Below are positions 20,126-29,457 of a stretch of DNA of 64,000 bases, in pieces (within the stretch, counting starts at the first letter, position 1; each line of letters starts with the position of its first letter). Origin of the DNA: Desulfatiglandales bacterium (lineage in GTDB: Bacteria > Desulfobacterota > DSM-4660 > Desulfatiglandales > HGW-15); NCBI GenBank assembly GCA_963667015.2, contig CAXXJJ010000004.1, positions 3,456,001 to 3,520,000 of the forward strand. The letters are read 5' to 3'. Under the pieces are notes generated by a model that did not search any database, was not told where the DNA came from, and was given only the letters and a program-made list of their open reading frames with translations. A program made the translations under genes and the position numbers.

Positions 20126-21753
20126 TATTGATCCTCCTTTTTCCAGTATGGATTTACCAGATCTTCAAATATTGCCAGCGCCGCTTCAGATCCATGTCCC
20201 GTTGCTGTAACAATCTGTTTGTACCCGCCTTCAACATCCCCGGCAGAGTAAATTCCCCTGATGTTTGTTCTGTGTCTTGAATCATGCCTTATATAGCCGT
20301 CATCTGTCAATTCCGCACCAATCGCTTTGGCCAGTTCGACTGAAGGGCTGTATCCAATGGAAATAAAGACTCCATCCGCCTTCATGGTGCTGATTTTGCC
20401 GGTGCTGTTATTTAAGAGTTCTATCTTCTCAACCCTGCTCCCGCCCTTTATCTCTTTTATTTCCGTATTGTAGATTACCGGGATTCCGTTAGCCTCCAGG
20501 TTTTTTATCAGATGATCCTGTGCCCTCAACTTATCCCTCCGGTGGACAATGGTTACGTCAACACCGATATTCTTTAAATGGAGTGCCTCGGTAACAGCAC
20601 TGTCCCCTCCCCCTGCCATAATGACCTTTTTACCTTTAAACAAGGGCCCGTCACATGTACTGCAGTAGCTCACCCCGTGGCCCGAAAGCCTGTTTTCTCC
20701 GGGCGCATTAAGCCTTCTATGTACGGCCCCTGTAGCAAGCAGGACGGTTTTTGACTTAAAACGCCGCCTGTTTGTAGTGACGGTAATTGGTTCTCCCGGC
20801 GCAATCTCCATTACCTCTTCACCCGGAAAGATCTTTACGTATTCAAGGGCATGTGAGACCATCAGGTCTACAAGGGCCTTGCCGCCTATCTGTGTAAGGC
20901 CTGGAAAGTTCTCAACAGTAGGTGTGCTTGCCACCTGGCCGCCAAGTGTGTCCCGTTCAATAATTACAGTATTGAGACCGGCCCTTGCCCCGTATATACC
21001 TGCGGTCAGCCCGGCAGGACCGCCTCCGATGATAACAAGATCCGCTTCGACCTCTTCGGCGTCACTCTCCGGGATATAAACATTCTGCTGCTCCAGCTTT
21101 TCAAGGGACAGCATAAAAAGTTCCTCGGGCTGGGCTCCCATTGCTATAAGCTTATCGTTTGCATAAACCTGAGGCACGCTCTGTGCCCCGTACTTTTCTG
21201 CCAGTTCCTGATTCGCCTGAATATCTATTATTTCAACTGAAATAATGTCAGGCCGGGTAATGGCTGCCTTCAGCGCATTTACGGCCTCCTGCGGGCAGTA
21301 AGGTCATGTGGGGCTTACAAAAACCTTTATGTCACGTTTGTCATCAATCCTGTCAAGGACCTTTTTCGCCTCACCCCCCAAACCTGTCTCGCCGTAACCT
21401 ATCATCATGACCGCCTCTGCAAAGGTCTTGGCCTCTTCCCCCAGCGGGGCGCCGTACCACCTGATATTATACCTGTCAGAATCAATCAGCAGTGTTGGAG
21501 AATAGCGTACGTCTCTCTTTTTTGCTTCCTTGTGGCCGGTATCAAACTCCCTGAGTTCAATCCTGGGGGTCAGTTCTCTGAATGCCCTTATTACCTGCCG
21601 GTTACCATTACTGAAGACATCATTCTTTCCTGGGGATGTAAAAAGGATAAGTGAGATATCGTTAGGTATGCTCTTAAACAGATTTTTTACCTGATCCTGT
21701 ACCTGGTCAAGATCAAGTTCTCCTGTATTTTCCTTATTTCCCTTGTCTGTCAT
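20125..21753 (-). CDS. AhpF-like selenoprotein: tandem thioredoxin-fold N-terminus (UPYC, Sec at TGA 21304-21306) fused to thioredoxin reductase; 542 aa with readthrough
   Basis: ORFs 21304..21753 and 20125..21177 are in frame and joined by VFVSPT-TGA-PYCPQEAVNALKAA...AEKYGAQSVPQ; TrxR motifs IIGGGPAG, CSTC, GGGDSA, AGDV. Confidence 0.88.
21264..21298 (-). promoter_or_regulatory. Candidate bacterial SECIS hairpin 3' of the UGA
   Basis: CUGCC/GGCAG and CGCA/UGCG stems with a loop starting with G, beginning 6 nt after the UGA; folded by eye only. Confidence 0.45.
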
Positions 21754-21939
21754 TTTTCCCTCTTACGATTAGTTAATTTATCAGGGTAAGTTAAGATATA
21801 AAATAAGAAGAAATATTCTAACATCAACACCTGTATCCTCCAAGAGAAAATTTTTTCATATGAGATACATCTTGAAGACGGATCAGGAGTTCTTGACAGA
21901 AGAGTTTATCAGGGTTAACTTCCATCCTTAATTAAAAAA

Positions 21940-24198
21940 ATGAAAGGAATACCGATGATAAAATCCTTTAATGCTGAAACCGCAAAAAATATAATTGAAA
22001 ATAAAAGAAAACTGCTTGGCAGGGGGCTTTCATATGCCGAAAAAATATTGTTTTTACACCAGGCAAAAGACCAGCAGGACATGGTGCTCACTCCCGGCCG
22101 GGACATCATCAGGCTTTACCCGGACCGTGTGGCAATGCAGGATGCAACCGCCCAGATGGCCATGCTCCAGTTTATTCAGGCAGAAAGAAAACAGAGCAGT
22201 GTGGATGCGACCATACACTGTGATCACCTTATAGCGGCAGGAAATGGAAGGGACCCTGACCTTAAGGACGCAGTCTTCACTAACAGGGAAATCTATGATT
22301 TTTTATCCACGTCCGCAGCTAAATTCGGGATTGGTTTCTGGGGACCCGGTTCAGGGATTATTCACCAGGTACTGCTTGAAAACTACGCCATGCCCGGGCT
22401 TTTAATGATAGGGACAGATTCCCATACACCCAACGCCGGGGGAATGGGTATGATAGCAATAGGTGTTGGCGGCGCTGATGCGGCAGAAGTAATGGCAGGA
22501 CTTCACTGGGAAACAACATACCCCTATATAACAGGGGTGAGGCTCAAGGGAAAACTCAGGGACTGGGCAACGGCCAAGGATGTCATATTTGAGATGCTTG
22601 ACCGGTTTACAGTAAAGGGCGGTACAGGTCATATCTTTGAATATTTCGGTGAAGGAGCTGAAGGACTTTCCGTAACTCAAAAGGCTACCATAACCAATAT
22701 GGGGGCTGAACTGGGTGCGACATCATCCATTTTTGTAAATGATGATTCCATGGATGCCTATATGAGAAATGTCGGTCGTACCGAAGATGCAGATCAACTG
22801 AAGGATTTCATGGACATCCTCAGTCAGGATGAAATGTGCATCAACGAACCTGAAAAGATCTATTACAATCTTGTTGAGATTGACCTGGATGAGATAAGGC
22901 CCTCACATTCCGGGCCATTTACTCCTGACAGGATCACAAAGGTGTCGAAATTCGGAAAACTGGTGTCAGACGAAAAATGGCCTGAGGATGTATCTGCAAT
23001 ATTGCTCGGATCATGTACAAACTCATCCTATTCTGATCTTTCCGCAGCCGCCGACATACTGCTTCAGGCAAAGGAGAAGGGCATAAAGGTAAAGGTTCCC
23101 TTTCTGCTTTCTCCGGGATCCATAAGGGTTTATGAGACAATCAAAAGGGACGGCATCCTGGATACACTTACCGACGCAGGTGCAGTAATACTCACGGCTG
23201 CATGCGGGCCCTGCATAGGACAGTGGAACCGGATCGGTGTAAAAAAAGGTGAGTCAAACACGATATTTACAACCTTTAACAGGAATTTCAAGGCAAGAAA
23301 TGACGGGAATCCGGAAACTCTGGCATTTTTAACATCCCCAACCCTTGCGGCGGCAATCGCTGTGTCAGGAAAAACAGGTTTTAATCCGGAGACTGATAAA
23401 CTAACTGCCCAGGATGGAACAGAATTTTTATTGACCGCACCGGATACTGTGCCTTTACCTGAAAGAGGGCTGGTAGAATCCCGGGAGTATTTTATCTCTC
23501 CTGAAGATGCGAATAAATCAGCCGAAATTGTTATCAATCCTGGCTCGGAAAGACTGGAACTCCTGAAACCATTTGATAAATGGGATGGAAACGACTTTAC
23601 AGATCTGCCTATACTGGTAAAGACAAAGGGAAAAACCACGACGGATCATATTTCCCCCGGTGGAAAATGGCTGCGCTTCAGGGGGCATATAACGAACATC
23701 TCAGAAAATATGCTCATGGGAGCGGTTAACGCCTTTACAGATGAAACAGGCCAGGGAACAAATGTCGTTACAGGAGAAACAGGCGTTCCATTTTTCAAAC
23801 TTGCAGGCTTTTACAGGGAAAGCACCGGTGGGTTTGTCATTATAGGCGACGAGAACTATGGTGAAGGTTCAAGCAGGGAGCATGCTGCAATGAGCCCAAG
23901 GTTTATGGGGGCAAGGGCCGTAATTACAAGATCATTTGCAAGAATACATGAGGCAAACCTCAAAAAGCAGGGAATACTTCCCCTTACTTTTATTGATGCA
24001 GGAGATTATGAGAAAATAGAGGAAACCGATAGAGTAAGTCTTGTGGAACTTGAGAGTCTCTCGCCCGGTGTGCCGGTAAAATCTGTCATCACAAAAAAGG
24101 ATGGGGCAAATATCGAACTTATGCTGAACCATACACTCACGGTAGAACAGATTGGATGGTTCAGGGCAGGTTCTGCTCTCAATGCGCTTAAAGATTAA
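21940..24198 (+). CDS. Aconitate hydratase (mitochondrial-type aconitase)
   Basis: DRVAMQDATAQMA, HCDHLI, GTDSHTPN, GSCTNSSY, ACGPCIGQW, TTDHISP, GEGSSREHAA. Confidence 0.95.
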   Translation: MKGIPMIKSFNAETAKNIIENKRKLLGRGLSYAEKILFLHQAKDQQDMVLTPGRDIIRLYPDRVAMQDATAQMAMLQFIQAERKQSSVDATIHCDHLIAAGNGRDPDLKDAVFTNREIYDFLSTSAAKFGIGFWGPGSGIIHQVLLENYAMPGLLMIGTDSHTPNAGGMGMIAIGVGGADAAEVMAGLHWETTYPYITGVRLKGKLRDWATAKDVIFEMLDRFTVKGGTGHIFEYFGEGAEGLSVTQKATITNMGAELGATSSIFVNDDSMDAYMRNVGRTEDADQLKDFMDILSQDEMCINEPEKIYYNLVEIDLDEIRPSHSGPFTPDRITKVSKFGKLVSDEKWPEDVSAILLGSCTNSSYSDLSAAADILLQAKEKGIKVKVPFLLSPGSIRVYETIKRDGILDTLTDAGAVILTAACGPCIGQWNRIGVKKGESNTIFTTFNRNFKARNDGNPETLAFLTSPTLAAAIAVSGKTGFNPETDKLTAQDGTEFLLTAPDTVPLPERGLVESREYFISPEDANKSAEIVINPGSERLELLKPFDKWDGNDFTDLPILVKTKGKTTTDHISPGGKWLRFRGHITNISENMLMGAVNAFTDETGQGTNVVTGETGVPFFKLAGFYRESTGGFVIIGDENYGEGSSREHAAMSPRFMGARAVITRSFARIHEANLKKQGILPLTFIDAGDYEKIEETDRVSLVELESLSPGVPVKSVITKKDGANIELMLNHTLTVEQIGWFRAGSALNALKD

Positions 24199-24211
24199 TC
24201 AGATTTATTAT

Positions 24212-24877
24212 TTATTTCGTTTTAAAATAATTTAATGTTTCATTCAGCTCATGAAGCTTTTTTTGAAGAGCCGCGACATTTTCACTGTCCGGCTCGACCT
24301 GGCCTTCACCTTCTATTTTTTCCTGTTCAAACTTGCCTAAAAGCTTCATGGCGTCCTGGCCTTTGACCTTTATATCAACTATTTTCTCATTGATAACATC
24401 CAACATATCATTGAAAGCATCCGCTTCCTTAACCAAAAAATCCTTTTTCCTCAGCTTTATTCTGGTGCCCAGTTTCCCGTCACGCACATCCATGAATGTC
24501 AGCATAAAACGGTAGAGGGGCCCGACAAAACGGCCGAACATTCTTATTGAATGGAGCCCTATAACGCTGACCGTTGCGGCAATAACAAGCCATACACGTG
24601 AATGAAGCATCAGTATATTATCAGCAGCAACAGCCCTAACCTCTATACTTAGATTTTGATCATTCACCCTGATAAAATCCGGGACAAAGAGAACTGCAAC
24701 CAGTATACCTGCGATAAGAAGATTATATATAAGAATAACAGCAAGGAACCTGTACTGATGTGATTTGTTAACAATCCGATAAGGATTTCTTTTATCTTTA
24801 AAGGCCATAGCGCCTCCTTTTCCGGCCCCGGATTCAGTAAAGAATAAATCTAAATATTTTTTCTCTGCTGTCTTCAT
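24212..24877 (-). CDS. Two-TM membrane protein with HAMP-like domain
   Basis: Two TM segments then GPLYRF......G.L...IKLRKKD.....A..FN.M; start may be the internal ATG (MAFKDKR). Confidence 0.75.
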   Translation of the reverse strand: MKTAEKKYLDLFFTESGAGKGGAMAFKDKRNPYRIVNKSHQYRFLAVILIYNLLIAGILVAVLFVPDFIRVNDQNLSIEVRAVAADNILMLHSRVWLVIAATVSVIGLHSIRMFGRFVGPLYRFMLTFMDVRDGKLGTRIKLRKKDFLVKEADAFNDMLDVINEKIVDIKVKGQDAMKLLGKFEQEKIEGEGQVEPDSENVAALQKKLHELNETLNYFKTK

Positions 24878-24881
24878 TTTT

Positions 24882-25415
24882 TCAAGGATACTCCGATGCT
24901 ACTCCTTTATAACGACCGTTCTTAGCCCTTATAATATCATCACGGCTTACCACGTCTGTCAGAATCTCCAGACTTTTACCATCTTTCCCCATGCTGTAGA
25001 GATCAAAAGTATCATTAACCGGGACCATATTCTGATCCTGTCTCTTTTTTCCATTTCCTGTGGCAGTGCTGTGATTAAAAAATTGATAGGGGTTTCCCCA
25101 TGGATCAAGAAGTTCATCACTGTAGATCATATCCAAAGTCAACGGAAGGTCACCGTTATCCATCTTCCATGCAAGAATATCTCTTTCCAGGGCACCTATA
25201 TCGGAAACCGCTTTTGTTATTTTTGCCTTTTCAATAAATGAATAGTAGGCTGGAACAGCTATACTGGCAAGGATTCCCATAATAGCAATAACAATGACCA
25301 GTTCTATAAGAGTAAAACCTCTTGAGATTAGCCATGTCAAATTTTTAACAGGTGCGCGGTATTTCATGTTCTTTTGAAAAGATCCAGGAACCATTATATG
25401 GGATAAACAGTTCAT
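24882..25415 (-). CDS. Prepilin-type N-terminal cleavage protein, GspG/pseudopilin-like
   Basis: RG|FTLIELVIVIAIMGILA class III signal; DPWGNPY; FDLYSMGKDG; start codon uncertain. Confidence 0.88.
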   Translation of the reverse strand: MNCLSHIMVPGSFQKNMKYRAPVKNLTWLISRGFTLIELVIVIAIMGILASIAVPAYYSFIEKAKITKAVSDIGALERDILAWKMDNGDLPLTLDMIYSDELLDPWGNPYQFFNHSTATGNGKKRQDQNMVPVNDTFDLYSMGKDGKSLEILTDVVSRDDIIRAKNGRYKGVASEYP

Positions 25416-25461
25416 TTCATTAATTAGTTATCAATGTTGCATAATAAACATACAACTACGA

Positions 25462-25477
25462 TGCAAAATCTAAGCCA
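25462..25477 (-). promoter_or_regulatory. Putative sigma54 promoter for the pseudopilin gene
   Basis: Minus strand TGGCTTAGATTTTGCA: TGGC...TTGC with GG-N10-GC. Confidence 0.6.
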
Positions 25478-25735
25478 ATTAAATAACATATATCCGGTTC
25501 CGGGCGGGATATAGTTAACCGGTAATCCTGGATCATTAAAAAGCGGATAAGTTTATAAGAATACCCTTTTTGAGGAATGGGGTACTCAAAACAGAATAAA
25601 TTTTTTCCCAGAGTTTGTTGGACATAGTATTAAATACAGGTTATTAATTACAACTAAAATGCTTTAGCTGATGTCTGATTTGTCCTCCCATCCGCCACAG
25701 CAGGACGGGTGCTGAAAGCTTCACTCTGGAATATT

Positions 25736-27919
25736 ATGAACAAAAAACAACCACCATTTACTGAACAACCGCCGCTGTTTGACGAAGAATATTACGAACC
25801 CATACCTGCATGGGAATTGTATGACGAACCCCGTGAACCTGTTGAAAAAAAAGGGGATTCAAATTCAGGCAGCAAAACGGAAAAAATCATCCGACGAACA
25901 TCAGACCTGGATGAACTGCTTAAAGATGTTTTCCACTTTGACTCCTTCAGGCCCTACCAGCAAAAGGTATGTGAATCCGTAGTAAACGGTAAAAATCTTC
26001 TGCTTGTGATGCCAACAGGCTCTGGTAAATCACTCTGTTATCAGCTTCCGGGAATAGCGAGGGGAGGAACAACCCTTGTGATAAGCCCTCTTATTGCCCT
26101 TATGGAGGATCAGGTTGCGGCTCTCAAAGAGAGAGGTCTGGCAGCGGAACGGATACACTCGGGCAGGACGCGCCTTCAGTCACGGCAGGTTTCCAGAAGT
26201 TACCTTGACGGAGAACTCGACTTTCTGTTTATTGCACCCGAAAGACTCTCTGTGCCGGGCTTTCCCGAAATGCTTGCAAAGAGAAAGCCCGTCCTCGTTG
26301 CAGTTGACGAGGCACACTGCATATCCCAGTGGGGGCATGATTTCAGGCCGGATTACCGGCTGCTTGGTGAAAGGCTTCCTGTATTACAGCCGGCACCTGT
26401 TATAGCAATGACGGCAACTGCAACCCCCAGGGTGCAGGATGATATCATAAGGCAGCTTGGCATCGATGATGCTGAGATGCATATCCATGGCTTCAGAAGA
26501 ACCAATATTGCCATAGAAATAATAGAGATAATGCCTTCTGACCGGACCGGAAAGGTGAGGGAGATACTGGCAGATAAAGATTCCCTTCCTGCTGTTATAT
26601 ATTCACCCACAAGGCAGAAGACCGAAGATCTGGCGGACGCCCTTCGGGATATCGTTAAGGTGGAGCCCTACCACGCAGGTATCGAGCCGGAAACCCGGGA
26701 CAGGGTTCAGGCGTCTTTCCTGTCAGGTGATCTTGATGTTATTGTTGCAACAATAGCCTTTGGCATGGGCATTGACAAACCTGATATCCGCACTGTTATA
26801 CACACCGCCATGCCCGGAACTCTTGAAGGATATTATCAGGAGATAGGACGCGCGGGCAGGGATGGTAGACAGTCAAAAGCGATTCTTTTACAGTCATATG
26901 GTGACAGGCGTGTTCATATCTTTTTTCATGAAAAAAGCTACCCTGAAGAAACATTCCTGAGAAGAATATTTAAAGCACTTAACAAAGAAAAAATTCCTAT
27001 TGAAAAACTCAGGCAGTCCTTTGATATTGAAGAGGAAGAGTTTGATAATTCCGTTGAAAAGCTCTGGATACACGGCGGGGCGATCGTAACTTCAGGAGAT
27101 TTAATAGAAAAAGGGCATGACAGGTGGTATGTCTCATACCGGAGGCAAAAGGAACACCGGCTCGCCCAGCTCGATGAGATTGGCCGGTTTGCCAAATCCT
27201 TTTCATGCCGTATGCTCTACCTGGTGAATCATTTCGGTGACAGAGAAGACAGGGGGAATCCATGCGGTATATGTGATTACTGCGCCCCCGATAAAACAAT
27301 GTCCGGAAAAACACGAGATCCTGACAGGCTGGAGCAGGTATTTCTTTTTGATATTTTATCGAATCTCAAATCTGCAGGAAGTCTTGGGACAGGAAGACTG
27401 TACAGCAGCGTATGCCCGGGAGAAAATTACCCAAGAAATGACTTTGAAGAACTGCTCAAGGCGCTTACAAGGGAAGGCCTTATAAAATTAAGGGAAGACA
27501 GTTTTGATAAAGACGGAAAAACTATCCATTACAAGAGGGCCGAACTTACTTCTGAAGGATACTCCTTTGATAAAAGGGATATTGTAACCATACAGGTCCC
27601 TTTTAAGGAGACAATAAAAAAGAAAAAAACGGCAGCCTTTAAGAAACGAAAAGCCCCGGAATCTTCAAGGCTGACATCATCTGCTTCTGATAATCAGGAG
27701 CTGTATAAAAAATTGAGGTCATGGAGGAACGGCCTGGCGAAAAAAAGAGGTATCCCGGCATTCAGGATTTTTTCAAATAATGTGCTTTCAAATCTCTGCT
27801 CCGGACTTCCCACAACAGAAGACGAACTGTCTATGGTGAATGGTGTCGGGCCCTATTTTGTTGAAAAGTATGGGGATAAGGTGATTGAAATTATAAAAGA
27901 ATATCTAAGAGAACAATAA
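25736..27919 (+). CDS. recQ: RecQ family ATP-dependent DNA helicase with HRDC domain
   Basis: MPTGSGKSLCYQLP, VDEAHCISQWGHDFRP, ATIAFGMGIDK, YQEIGRAGRDG, Zn-binding Cys, C-terminal HRDC. Confidence 0.92.
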   Translation: MNKKQPPFTEQPPLFDEEYYEPIPAWELYDEPREPVEKKGDSNSGSKTEKIIRRTSDLDELLKDVFHFDSFRPYQQKVCESVVNGKNLLLVMPTGSGKSLCYQLPGIARGGTTLVISPLIALMEDQVAALKERGLAAERIHSGRTRLQSRQVSRSYLDGELDFLFIAPERLSVPGFPEMLAKRKPVLVAVDEAHCISQWGHDFRPDYRLLGERLPVLQPAPVIAMTATATPRVQDDIIRQLGIDDAEMHIHGFRRTNIAIEIIEIMPSDRTGKVREILADKDSLPAVIYSPTRQKTEDLADALRDIVKVEPYHAGIEPETRDRVQASFLSGDLDVIVATIAFGMGIDKPDIRTVIHTAMPGTLEGYYQEIGRAGRDGRQSKAILLQSYGDRRVHIFFHEKSYPEETFLRRIFKALNKEKIPIEKLRQSFDIEEEEFDNSVEKLWIHGGAIVTSGDLIEKGHDRWYVSYRRQKEHRLAQLDEIGRFAKSFSCRMLYLVNHFGDREDRGNPCGICDYCAPDKTMSGKTRDPDRLEQVFLFDILSNLKSAGSLGTGRLYSSVCPGENYPRNDFEELLKALTREGLIKLREDSFDKDGKTIHYKRAELTSEGYSFDKRDIVTIQVPFKETIKKKKTAAFKKRKAPESSRLTSSASDNQELYKKLRSWRNGLAKKRGIPAFRIFSNNVLSNLCSGLPTTEDELSMVNGVGPYFVEKYGDKVIEIIKEYLREQ

Positions 27920-29106
27920 ATGGACAATATATTTGCAGACAGAATAACGGACGTGCCAAGGTCCTTCATACGTGAAATACTCAAGGTGGCGCTGGATAAA
28001 AGTGTTATCTCCTTTGCCGGTGGACTGCCTAACAGGGAATTGTTTCCCGCACAGGAGCTTATTGAGGCAACAGGTCATGTGTTTGAGATATATGGAAGCG
28101 ATATATTTCAGTACAGCAATTCCGAAGGATATATCAAACTCAGGGAATACATAGCAGGCAATTACAGGAAGAGCGGGATTGAAATCTCTCCGGAAAATAT
28201 ACTTATACAAACGGTGCCCAGCAGGGACTTGATCTGATAGGAAAGGTCCTGATAAATGAAGGGGACGGTCTGATTATTGAAGAGCCAGGATATCTGGGAG
28301 CCATCCAGGCCTTCAGCCTTTACAGGCCGAACTATTTTCCAGTGCGACTCCATGATGACGGTATGGACCTGGATCAATTGAAGGCTGCCGTGCCGGAAGC
28401 AGGCCTAAAGCTTATGTATACTGTACCGAATTTTCAGAATCCCTCGGGGATTACCTATTCGTTAAAAAACCGTGAGGAGATATCGGATATAATATCCGGC
28501 AGGGATATATTTATTATAGAGGATGATCCCTATAAAGAGCTCAGGTTTTCGGGTGATGAAATACCGTCTTTTAAGAGATATCTGCCCGACAGGACCATAC
28601 TGCTGGGATCTTTTTCAAAGACGGTTGTTCCGGGTTTCAGGATCGGCTGGGTAGCCGCTCCCGATGATATGTTTGAAAAGCTGCTGATTGCAAAACAGGC
28701 ATCTGATCTTCATTCCTGTCATTTTACACAGTACATTGTTTATCAATTCCTTGAAAACAATGATATAGGAAGCCATATAAGTAAGATAAGGGATGCCTAT
28801 GGAACCCAGTGCAGGAGCATGCTTGAGAGCATTGACCATTATTTCCCTGATAATGTATCTACAACCAGGCCGGAGGGCGGCATGTTCCTGTGGGCGACTC
28901 TTCCCAATGGTATGGCGGCAATGGATCTGTTTAACCTGGCAGTAAAGGAAAAGGTTATATTTGTGCCGGGCGATCCCTTTTATATAAACAGAAAGAATGC
29001 AAACACGCTGCGCCTTAATTTTTCATGTGTTGATCCTGAAACCATAAAGACAGGCATCAAAAGACTCGGGGCCGCTATAGAAATGCTCTCAGGGAAAGGG
29101 GCCTGA
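27920..29106 (+). pseudogene. PLP-dependent class I aminotransferase (LysN/MocR-like) with a 1-nt frameshift near 28207 (true pseudogene or sequencing error)
   Basis: Frame 1 SFIREILK..ISFAGGLP..ENILI; shifted frame continues TNGAQQGLDLIGKVL..YTVPNFQNPSG..GSFSKTVVPGFRIGW. Confidence 0.85.
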
Positions 29107-29107
29107 T

Positions 29108-29410
29108 ATGACACCTGATGATCTTAAAAAAATAATATCATTCCTTAAGGCGCGTGTATGTGTTTCAGGAGAAAAAGCCAGCAGCCCGCTTCAGATTGCC
29201 TTTGATGTTCCCGACCTTGATGCAATGACCGGAGCAGGACTTGACCCTGCAGGATCAAAGGAAATACTTAATGCCGCATGGTGGGACGAGATGGTAAAGG
29301 ATATTATTGAAACCCCTGATTTCTGTGATGCTGATGACCCGCCTGAGCAGGTGTTGTTATATGCTCGGGATGTTGTGATGGATTACCTGCGTAAAAGGAT
29401 TAAATTATGA
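29108..29410 (+). CDS. Hypothetical protein (100 aa)
   Basis: Starts 1 nt after the aminotransferase stop; SD-like sequence upstream. Confidence 0.7.
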   Translation: MTPDDLKKIISFLKARVCVSGEKASSPLQIAFDVPDLDAMTGAGLDPAGSKEILNAAWWDEMVKDIIETPDFCDADDPPEQVLLYARDVVMDYLRKRIKL

Positions 29411-29457
29411 ATTGAGTTAAAGGCACTAAAGCCTTAACAGGAGGTCGATAGTGCAGC

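Noticed and set aside
21304..21753. 149-aa ORF as a separate gene or nonsense pseudogene
   Set aside because: The stop is an in-frame TGA at a redox Cys position and is better explained as Sec
28199..28215. Programmed ribosomal frameshift in the aminotransferase
   Set aside because: No slippery heptamer or evident stimulator, and I know of no precedent in this family
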